Source: Spirochaetia bacterium (GTDB lineage: Bacteria > Spirochaetota > Spirochaetia > DSM-27196 > DATKUC01). Taken from it: a DNA stretch of 55,415 bases. Shown piece by piece: positions 8,706 through 16,140 of the stretch. Every line of letters starts with the position of its first letter. Position 1 is the stretch's first letter. The stretch is taken from contig DATKUC010000013.1 in NCBI GenBank assembly GCA_035530835.1, forward strand, positions 1 to 55,415, written 5' to 3'. The translations under genes and the position numbers were made by a program. The notes under the pieces were generated by a model. The model had not been told where the DNA came from and did no database searches. It worked only from the letters and a program-made list of their open reading frames with translations.

Positions 8706-10004
8706 CTACTCAAGTTCGTAACTGAGGCTCATGACACTACTGCGCAAAGCCTTCCTGGCGGCCCAGGAGAGTTGTGAGCCGTTCACGCGAACGAACTCCC
8801 GAAATAGATAACCGACAACCTCATCGCGCCGCAGCAGCGTGTTCGAATGGATCCAGCCTGTATCATATGGCCAGCCTTTCACGCTCAACGGGTTGAACAG
8901 CGGTTCCCCAAGTTCAGCTGAAACGGCAGCGACCCGCTCATCATTCTTGTCAGTATTGAATCCGCTGATATCAAGTGTCCGAATGGTTCCCGCCAGCAGA
9001 TCTATGGGGGACTTCACGAGGTTTCCGCGGTTCTGCGCTGCCCAGAACTCATCCGATGTGAGAATATCCCTGAGAAGAGACTTGATATCGTAGTTACTCT
9101 CGCGGAACCGTGAAGCGAGCAGTTCAACCGTTTTCAGGTCGGGAGTGGGCGATATGAACTGGCGCCACATCTGTTCAACGATGAAAAGGGAAGCCTGCTT
9201 CTGTTGCAGTATGATGTTGATGATATCATCCCCGTTCCAGTTGCCGGTCTTCCCGAGAAAAGTCTTCTGGCCATTGTCGTGCTGGCGTGCGTCAAAGAAG
9301 AACTTCCCGGACCCGGGATTTACTCGCCATCCGGTAAAGGCTCGCGCTGCCGCCTTCACATCTGCCTCCGTATAATGTCCGACTCCAAGGGTGAAAAGTT
9401 CCATGACTTCACGCGCGAAGTTCTCGTTCGCGTTTCCTTTTCGATTCGTTTCATTATCAAGGTAGATGATCATTGCCGGGTCCTTCGCAATTGCGTGAAG
9501 AAACTCCCGATAGTTGCCAAACGCGTACTTTCGTATGAGCAAATCCTGTCTCAGGAGCAGAAGAGGACTTCGGACTTTCATGAAGCTCGAGGTGAAGTGA
9601 TTCTGCCAGAAAAGAACCATCTTCTCGGTGAGCGGAGAATCGGTCGAAAGTATTTCCCGAATCGTCCAGGCCTGGAGCTGCTTATCCTGCGCGTTCAGCT
9701 CGGCATTGTAGTGAAGTCGGGCAGCAATAATCGCATTGGGGTTTTCGCCCTTTGTCTGCCGCGGAGGAAGGAGCGGCGGCCTGTTTGCCCAAACGGGAAG
9801 TGAAGTAACAGGTGTACTTCGTACCGAAGAGAGCAGCTCATCGACGGCAGCTGCCTTGCTTAACGGAAAGAGCATCTGTTCGGAAGATATCGGCGCACCG
9901 AATCCGGTTCGAAGCAGAAGGTGGTCTGCATCCGCCTGGTCCAGGCTCCACGCGGCAGCTGCCGGAATAAGCAGTGTTGCACAAATGACAAGAAATCTCT
10001 TCAT
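8706..10004 (-). CDS. DUF1800 family protein
   Basis: FWQNHFTS, REFLHAIAKDPAMIIYLD and ENFAREVMELFTLG are typical DUF1800 blocks. Signal peptide MKRFLVICATLLIPAAAAWS. Confidence 0.8.
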   Translation of the reverse strand: MKRFLVICATLLIPAAAAWSLDQADADHLLLRTGFGAPISSEQMLFPLSKAAAVDELLSSVRSTPVTSLPVWANRPPLLPPRQTKGENPNAIIAARLHYNAELNAQDKQLQAWTIREILSTDSPLTEKMVLFWQNHFTSSFMKVRSPLLLLRQDLLIRKYAFGNYREFLHAIAKDPAMIIYLDNETNRKGNANENFAREVMELFTLGVGHYTEADVKAAARAFTGWRVNPGSGKFFFDARQHDNGQKTFLGKTGNWNGDDIINIILQQKQASLFIVEQMWRQFISPTPDLKTVELLASRFRESNYDIKSLLRDILTSDEFWAAQNRGNLVKSPIDLLAGTIRTLDISGFNTDKNDERVAAVSAELGEPLFNPLSVKGWPYDTGWIHSNTLLRRDEVVGYLFREFVRVNGSQLSWAARKALRSSVMSLSYELE

Positions 10005-10081
10005 CGCTCATTTACCTCTCAAGTTGAGATTTAGTCGAATGAAAGCGATGAATGGTTCCCTGAACTTCCCTCCGCGAAGAG

Positions 10082-10837
10082 CTATGCCGCCGGCCACACA
10101 CCCAGAGCGGCAAGTTGCGAACTCACGACACCGCTCCAGTCGCTATTCGCCCGGGGACTCGCAGGACTTGGGTGAAGGATAGTCGCGACCTGGACCTGCG
10201 GAAAACTCTGCTGGACAACTCCACGAATGCGCGAAAGCGCGAATGCGCCGATCCCGATAACCCAGACCGGATTGAGAATGCGAATTGTCTCCGCCACGTG
10301 ATGATCGCAAGCTTCAAAAAGCGGAGTCCGTTCGGCCGCAGTCAGTTTATCCGGCGTGTGGTTTCGTCCGCTTTCCTCCATGAACACAAGCGGGCAGTAG
10401 TTCATTACCAGGTGCTCGCGGAAGAACTGCTCGGCACTTTCGAACCGACTCTCCATCAACCCCCAGAGACGGCGGCCGCTCACTTCGCTGCGAGCGCAGG
10501 CAAATCCCTCGATCGGCCGTTTCGGGTGCTCATGGTCGGGTTTTCCGACCGGCCCGTGAATGCCCATCCAATCCCGCACAGCGGCAATCTCGCCAAACGG
10601 TACGCCAGTCTGTGCCATGCCCCAGGGACCGGGGTTCATACCCCAGAAGACAATACGCTTTTGCCCGGTACCAAACCGCGAAAGATACTCCTCGTGCACG
10701 GCCCGTGCATAGGTAAGTGGGTTGTAGACATGCGTAATCGGTGCCGAGAATTTCATGAGATTTACCGTTTCGCTCAATTCGCGCGAGATAACTGCCAGGT
10801 CCTGCACAACGCCTCCGAAGTTCACGCATTCTAACAA
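10082..10837 (-). CDS. SMUG1-type (family 3) uracil-DNA glycosylase
   Basis: FWGMNPGPWGMAQTGVPFGE and HPSPASPRAN match the two SMUG1 signature motifs. The start is uncertain: TTG 10837 or GTG near 10807 after GGAGG. Confidence 0.8.
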   Translation of the reverse strand: MLECVNFGGVVQDLAVISRELSETVNLMKFSAPITHVYNPLTYARAVHEEYLSRFGTGQKRIVFWGMNPGPWGMAQTGVPFGEIAAVRDWMGIHGPVGKPDHEHPKRPIEGFACARSEVSGRRLWGLMESRFESAEQFFREHLVMNYCPLVFMEESGRNHTPDKLTAAERTPLFEACDHHVAETIRILNPVWVIGIGAFALSRIRGVVQQSFPQVQVATILHPSPASPRANSDWSGVVSSQLAALGVWPAA

Positions 10838-10880
10838 CGGTCACGGTGACGGGCAAGTGCGTTTCGATATAAGCCCAAGC

Positions 10881-10909
10881 TTGCCCGAAAAACCTTATCT
10901 CTGTAGAAT
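10881..10909 (+). promoter_or_regulatory. Sigma70-like promoter TTGCCC-N17-TAGAAT
   Basis: Read directly from the sequence. It lies 25 nt upstream of ATG 10935. Confidence 0.4.
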
Positions 10910-10934
10910 CATCGCCGGGAAGTTCCGGAACATA

Positions 10935-11555
10935 ATGACAAGACGACTCCCTGCGGTCTGTATTCTATTCATAGCGACGCTCACCATCGCGAGCAGCCCG
11001 ACATTCAGCCTTGGTGATCGTCACGGACACATCGAGATCACCGGAGATGTCCCGTTTCTTCTTGGAACTGCTGACTCGGAAATGAACAACAGCCTGGATG
11101 CTGCGCTTTTCACCGGTACCTATGGCACATACGCGCTCGGTGCAGGCGTGCACCTGCTTCTCCCGCTGCAGGCGCCGTTCTACTTTTCCGCCGGACTCGA
11201 CTACCGCAGTGCAACGGAACAGGATTATCTACTTCAGCATGCCACACGCTATTTCTGGTCACTTCAGACATCGGCTGCGCTCGGATTGCTCGTTCCGGTC
11301 GGGACTATTGCACAGGCGTACTGCGGCGCCGGCATTGGCGTGCTGACGACTGAACGGGAAGCCCCGCTTGTAGCGGGTAACGAATGGGGTGTATTCGGAA
11401 CAGCAGAGGCCGGGCTTGATTTTGTATTCCTGAATGTATTGTCGGCAGGCCCGCGGATCTCATTTGACTTTGGTCCGCTCTTCGGCGGTCCGACCGGAGT
11501 CGTATCGTTCGGCTACGTTACGTTCGCGATTGCAGCCGGATACAGCTTCCGGTAG
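10935..11555 (+). CDS. Small outer-membrane beta-barrel protein (OmpW/OmpA-barrel-like)
   Basis: Signal peptide MTRRLPAVCILFIATLTIASS. Alternating Gly/aromatic strands and a C-terminal ...AAGYSFR. The longer ORF from 10755 overlaps the SMUG1 gene and is not supported. Confidence 0.55.
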   Translation: MTRRLPAVCILFIATLTIASSPTFSLGDRHGHIEITGDVPFLLGTADSEMNNSLDAALFTGTYGTYALGAGVHLLLPLQAPFYFSAGLDYRSATEQDYLLQHATRYFWSLQTSAALGLLVPVGTIAQAYCGAGIGVLTTEREAPLVAGNEWGVFGTAEAGLDFVFLNVLSAGPRISFDFGPLFGGPTGVVSFGYVTFAIAAGYSFR

Positions 11556-11586
11556 ATGTTTCCGCTGCCCGGCTCCACATCGATCA

Positions 11587-12759
11587 CTATACGCGAGTGG
11601 CATCCCGCAGTGCATTTTCGATGCCGGAGACGATCATCCCTACATACTCGGTCAGATTTCCAATGCGGGATTGCTCGACACGGAATCCAATAGCGCCCTG
11701 GTGTCCGCCTCCGTTTTCGATACCAAAGATCGATAGTATCTTGCGCAGATCGAAATCCCGGAAATCCTGGCTTCGTCGCGCTCGAAACTGTACCAGACCG
11801 TCACCCTCGGTATCGTCGTTGTAGACAACAAGGCTCAGTATGCCGCTCGCCTCGGCAAGGGCATCCGCGGTAGCACGGGCTACCGAAACTATGGTGTCCC
11901 GGTCGAACCGTGAATGCAGATAGCGCATGTCTTCGGCAGTCAGGATCGAATAGCCGATTGAATCAGAAAATTGCTTCCGTGCCATCATGTAGTTGAAGCA
12001 CTCTTCTTCCTTGGCGGAAAGCCGATGAAGCTCGTGGAAGACTTCGTCCTTGTTTGAGAAGTTCGATCCCTTTTTGGTTTTCCGGGAAAGCAGCTCATTG
12101 AACATATTGCTGAAGATCTCGTAGAAACGCCGCTCACGCCGGGATTTGATGAACTTCCCCATATTCGTGTCCCCGATAATACCGGTGAGTACAGCGAGGA
12201 CGAAATTGCGTGAAAGCAGATCAACTACCTGATGCTGCTCAAGCAGTTCGGTCCGTTCCTGCATCTTCAATGAGATCAGGCCGACAAGTTCGCAGGCTGA
12301 TGATGCCTCATCCACGAGGCAAAAATCAGGATCTCCAATGTATTCGCTGTCAGCCTGAAGATGATGATCGACTTCTATTTTCACGATCTCAGGCCGGGAG
12401 AACATTTCGGAAATCTCGTCTGTGTAGCTGACCATTGACCGTTTTGGGGTGTCGCAGACTATTATGGTGTCAATCCCGCTTCCCACTTGGTGAGAGTTAC
12501 GGGCGATACCTATGGAATTGAATTTGCAGATACTCAGAAGATAATCGAAATGCTCATGAAGCTGGTCGCTCGCAAAGATCTCCACTTTTTTCGAGAACTT
12601 GGTCAAGAGCAATGCGACTGCTATCATGGACGCAAGACAGTCTTCGTCCGGATTCTGATGGCCGAGAACGAGGAAATTATCGCGACTCACCATCGCGTTA
12701 ATGATGTTCGAAATGATTCGATTCTTTTCAGCGATCGTCGAAATTTCACGTTTTTGCAT
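11587..12759 (-). CDS. DHH/DHHA1 family phosphoesterase (NrnA-like)
   Basis: GHQNPDEDCLAS, VCDT, EVDHH and GGGHQGAIGF motifs. GAGGT SD before ATG 12759. Confidence 0.8.
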   Translation of the reverse strand: MQKREISTIAEKNRIISNIINAMVSRDNFLVLGHQNPDEDCLASMIAVALLLTKFSKKVEIFASDQLHEHFDYLLSICKFNSIGIARNSHQVGSGIDTIIVCDTPKRSMVSYTDEISEMFSRPEIVKIEVDHHLQADSEYIGDPDFCLVDEASSACELVGLISLKMQERTELLEQHQVVDLLSRNFVLAVLTGIIGDTNMGKFIKSRRERRFYEIFSNMFNELLSRKTKKGSNFSNKDEVFHELHRLSAKEEECFNYMMARKQFSDSIGYSILTAEDMRYLHSRFDRDTIVSVARATADALAEASGILSLVVYNDDTEGDGLVQFRARRSQDFRDFDLRKILSIFGIENGGGHQGAIGFRVEQSRIGNLTEYVGMIVSGIENALRDATRV

Positions 12760-12785
12760 TATTTACCTCGAGTCTCCTTGCCCTC

Positions 12786-13781
12786 CTAGCCCGCAGTTAC
12801 TACCCTGTCTCTACCCTCTTCTTTTGCCTGGTACAATGCCTGATCAGCACGCTCCTTCAGTGTCTTGAGATCTGAGGCATGTCGGGGAAATGATGCAAGC
12901 CCCTGGCTGGTTGTGACCCGAGTTATTTTGCCGCCTCGTCCTGAAAGCACGGGAAGAGAGTGTACGTGCTCACAGATTGCACGGGCTCGCTCGAGTGCCT
13001 CCTCGGTATTGGTATCGGGACATACAAACGTGAACTCATCGCCTCCGTACCGCGCAAGGATATCAGTTGGCTTCATGTGCTCCTTGAATACTGGAGCAAC
13101 CGCAAGTATGACATCGTCACCGGCGGCTATCCCGTACGCTTCATTGATTTCGCGGAAGCGGTCCAGATCGACCATGATCACCGTGAGCGGTCTTCCTTCA
13201 GCCTTTGCACGCTGAAACTGAGCTTCGATCGAATCGTCGAGGAAACGCCTGTTGTAGAGTCCGGTCATCTCATCGGTGATCGCCCGTTTCCTTGCGCTCT
13301 CACCCCACTGGACCATGTCGCTCAGAAACTGCCCTGTGTTCATCAACCTGCCGGCTGTTATGTTGAGCATGCGGTACATGATCTTGATGGCACTTTGCGG
13401 GTACTGCGTGAGAAACCGGAAGAACTCCTGCTCGTGCAAAGCAAGCAGACAACTGGGGTCCCTCGTTGTGCACGTTGCCGACCGGGGTGCCTGTTCGAAT
13501 ATCGACATCTCCCCGAAAAAATCACCGGTTCCGAACGTCGCCAGCTCCAGTGTCTTTCCATCCGGAAGGCTCACGGTGGTGACGACTCTTCCGGAATAGA
13601 CGAGGTACATCTCGTTGCCTTCGTTGCCCTCGGCAAAAAGCTGTGTGCCTGCTGAGCTCTCCATAATGCGGAATGATTGCGCGAGCCGTTTGAGTTCCCC
13701 GGCATCCAGTGATGAGAAGATGTCCACTCTCTTCAGGAACTTGCCCAGGTCGCCCTTCAACAATAGCTTCTGCGAACTCAT
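12786..13781 (-). CDS. Cyclic-nucleotide-binding domain + GGDEF diguanylate cyclase (catalytic motif intact)
   Basis: The CAP_ED motif is FGEMSIF..APRSAT. GGDEF is encoded at 13032-13046 (GGA GGC GAT GAG TTC). The Mg site VDLDRFREIN is present. The I-site position reads KPTD, not RxxD. Confidence 0.85.
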   Translation of the reverse strand: MSSQKLLLKGDLGKFLKRVDIFSSLDAGELKRLAQSFRIMESSAGTQLFAEGNEGNEMYLVYSGRVVTTVSLPDGKTLELATFGTGDFFGEMSIFEQAPRSATCTTRDPSCLLALHEQEFFRFLTQYPQSAIKIMYRMLNITAGRLMNTGQFLSDMVQWGESARKRAITDEMTGLYNRRFLDDSIEAQFQRAKAEGRPLTVIMVDLDRFREINEAYGIAAGDDVILAVAPVFKEHMKPTDILARYGGDEFTFVCPDTNTEEALERARAICEHVHSLPVLSGRGGKITRVTTSQGLASFPRHASDLKTLKERADQALYQAKEEGRDRVVTAG

Positions 13782-14773
13782 CTGCTTATCACCTGATTTC
13801 CACCCGCATCCCTCGCCTGGTACAGCCGATCATGCACCAGCTCCACCAGCGCATCTGCGTCGGATCCCTCCTCGGGGCAGATTCCGAACGAAACGCTTGC
13901 GGTGAGCCGAAGAGTACCCTCCGGTTCACTGACTATCCTGCTCAAGTCTATCGCGCTCATTGTCGAAAGCACATATTCTGCGAACGCTTCTGCATCATTT
14001 CGAGATGTCCCCGGCCTGATAATCGCAATCTCGTTTCCGCGATAACGGACTGCGCTGTCTTCGGGCCGCAGGCAGGCGCGAAGAGCACCGCAAATTGTCT
14101 TGATCGATTCATCGCCAATTTCGTGCCCGTAGGTGTCATTTATGTGTTTGAAATTGTCGGGCTTGACCATCACGAGCGCTGTTGAACTCTTGCCCGCAGA
14201 CAGGATGCGCGGGAACTCCTCCTTCAGATAGGTGGAATTGTAGAAACCGGTAAGCTTGTCTCCGAGCACCTGCTTCCGGAGCTCCTGAATCCAGGGCGTA
14301 TTCTCTGAGATGAGCTTGTTTGTGCTGCGAATGCGCCCTGCCACAATTGCCATGAACTTGTGCAGAATCTGCGCCGACAGGATCGGATGTTCTTCGAGGA
14401 TGGACTCAAATCGACGCTCCCGGTACGGAAAAACCAGGAGCGTTGCTTCAGTCTCGGTCAACGCCGATGCATTGCGGGGCGCGTCGTTGAGCAGGTCCAT
14501 CTCACCGAAGCTGTCTCCCGCAATGTAGCGTGCAACGTCGAGCTCATCGCCACTCTCCAGCAGTCTGCGGATGACCACTTCACCGTCGGCAACTATATAG
14601 AGCTCATCCCCGACACTTCCTGCTTCGAAGATGGTGGAGTGAACCGGATACGACCTGAACTCGCTGTATTTTTCAATTACATCAAGTTCCTGGTCTCCCA
14701 GAGTCGAGAAAATGTCTGCTTTTCGCAGCAGCGAGTGCTTGTCACGATCAGTTGCCACGTTCATGCGGTCCAT
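13778..14773 (-). CDS. Cyclic-nucleotide-binding domain + degenerate GGDEF domain (RGNEI), probable c-di-GMP receptor/regulator
   Basis: Same 331-aa length and architecture as the downstream paralog. GGDEF is replaced by RGNEI (14027-14041) and DxLD by VKPDNFK. RPED (RxxD) is retained 5 residues upstream. Its stop overlaps the next start (ATGA). Confidence 0.8.
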   Translation of the reverse strand: MDRMNVATDRDKHSLLRKADIFSTLGDQELDVIEKYSEFRSYPVHSTIFEAGSVGDELYIVADGEVVIRRLLESGDELDVARYIAGDSFGEMDLLNDAPRNASALTETEATLLVFPYRERRFESILEEHPILSAQILHKFMAIVAGRIRSTNKLISENTPWIQELRKQVLGDKLTGFYNSTYLKEEFPRILSAGKSSTALVMVKPDNFKHINDTYGHEIGDESIKTICGALRACLRPEDSAVRYRGNEIAIIRPGTSRNDAEAFAEYVLSTMSAIDLSRIVSEPEGTLRLTASVSFGICPEEGSDADALVELVHDRLYQARDAGGNQVISR

Positions 14774-14849
14774 GATAACTCAATATGACCTCTTCTGCCA
14801 GAATTTGATCAGAATACAAATCTATCCGGGTTCCCCACTGCGCACTCTG

Positions 14850-15797
14850 CTACTTTGTCGCGGCAAACACCTTGTACGCGGCTTCGATCCGTTTGAGTTC
14901 CTCGGTTGTCAGTCGCCAGTCCCCCGCTTCGGCGTTCGCGAGTGCCTGCTTCGTGTTCTTCGCACCAACGAGCGCACAGGTTACCCCCGGCTGCTGAATC
15001 GCCCACGCAATTGCCGTTCGCGCTACAGGAACAGATCGTTCGGTCGCTATGTCGCGCAGCACGTCAACAAGTCGCTGTGCCCTGCTCCACACCGGCTCGT
15101 GGAAGTAGTTATAGAACTGATCGCGATTATCACCCTCGGACAGTTTGGGGATCTCCGTGAACTTGCCGGTCAATACACCGGCAGCAAGCGTACCGTAACC
15201 GAGAATGCCGATATTGTTGGGCCTGCAGTACGGCAGAACCTCAGCATCAACTGTCCGCTCGAGCAGCGAGTAGTGGGGCTGAAGACTCACCAGGTTCATA
15301 TGTTTCTTCACGATGTCCATCTGTTCGATCGAGAAGTTCGAAACACCAAGGTGACGGAACTTGCCCTCTTCCTGGAGTTTATTCAGCGCCTCAAGCGATT
15401 TCTCAAGCGGTGTAGACGTGTCGGGCCAGTGTATCTGGTACAAATCAATCACATCGACGTTCAGTCTTCGCAGGGAGTCTTCCATCTGTCTCCTGATTGA
15501 TGAAGGCTCGAGGTCGCGAACGAACTCCTTCCCTTTGCGATACACGCCGACCTTTGTCGCAAGTACTACCCTGTCACGGATACCGGATATCGCGCGCCCT
15601 ACGACCTCTTCGGAATGGCCAGCTCCGTATGGTGGCGCAGTGTCGACCAGGTTGATTCCATGGTCGACCGAATCACGGATTGCACGAATCGATTCCTCAT
15701 CGTCCACGTTGCCGAAGAAATCATTGCCCATTGCCCAGGTCCCCACACCCACGACTGAGACCTCAAGGTCGGAATTGCCAAGTCTACGGTATTCCAC
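14850..15797 (-). CDS. Aldo/keto reductase
   Basis: MEYRRLGNSDLEVSVVGVGTWAMG, DTAPPYG and IHWPD motifs. GAGGAG lies 5 nt before GTG 15797. Confidence 0.9.
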   Translation of the reverse strand: MEYRRLGNSDLEVSVVGVGTWAMGNDFFGNVDDEESIRAIRDSVDHGINLVDTAPPYGAGHSEEVVGRAISGIRDRVVLATKVGVYRKGKEFVRDLEPSSIRRQMEDSLRRLNVDVIDLYQIHWPDTSTPLEKSLEALNKLQEEGKFRHLGVSNFSIEQMDIVKKHMNLVSLQPHYSLLERTVDAEVLPYCRPNNIGILGYGTLAAGVLTGKFTEIPKLSEGDNRDQFYNYFHEPVWSRAQRLVDVLRDIATERSVPVARTAIAWAIQQPGVTCALVGAKNTKQALANAEAGDWRLTTEELKRIEAAYKVFAATK

Positions 15798-15876
15798 GTA
15801 ATCTCCTCACGTTTGCCAGTTGATATCGACACGGACAATATACACTGATACTGCGACGGTGGGCAAAACGGTTGCG

Positions 15877-16140
15877 TTATGTTCGGTCTATCCAGCGGTA
15901 ATGTACGGTTGGAGTTGTGCACAGGGTGACAAGACCGCAGTCGGTGCACGACGATTTGCACGAGACGGCCTCGGCAGACTGCTGCCCTGAAGGCTCTATG
16001 ATCAGAATCTGCCCCCGTCCCTTCCAGTAATCGATGGCCGCGCGAACCATCTGCCGCTCGCAGCGAAGTCCGGCGACAAGTTCCGGAAGCGTTGCCTCAC
16101 CTTGCTCGGTGAGAATTTCCTTCAGTTCGCGGAGGATCAT
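15877..16140 (-). CDS. feoC: FeoC-like small winged-helix protein with a C-terminal Cys cluster
   Basis: MILRELKEILTEQGEATLPELVAGL... followed by CKSSCTDCGLVTLC. ATG 16140 overlaps the feoB stop (ATGA). The longer ORF to 16302 lies inside feoB. Confidence 0.6.
   Translation of the reverse strand: MILRELKEILTEQGEATLPELVAGLRCERQMVRAAIDYWKGRGQILIIEPSGQQSAEAVSCKSSCTDCGLVTLCTTPTVHYRWIDRT

Noticed and set aside
10115-10834. 239-aa ORF antisense to the SMUG1-type glycosylase
   Set aside because: This is a typical long antisense open frame in GC-rich DNA. The opposite strand carries clear family motifs and this frame carries none.
14712-15500. 262-aa ORF antisense to the aldo/keto reductase
   Set aside because: Same reasoning. 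It is Arg/Leu/Ser-rich with no motifs, and the AKR strand is unambiguous.
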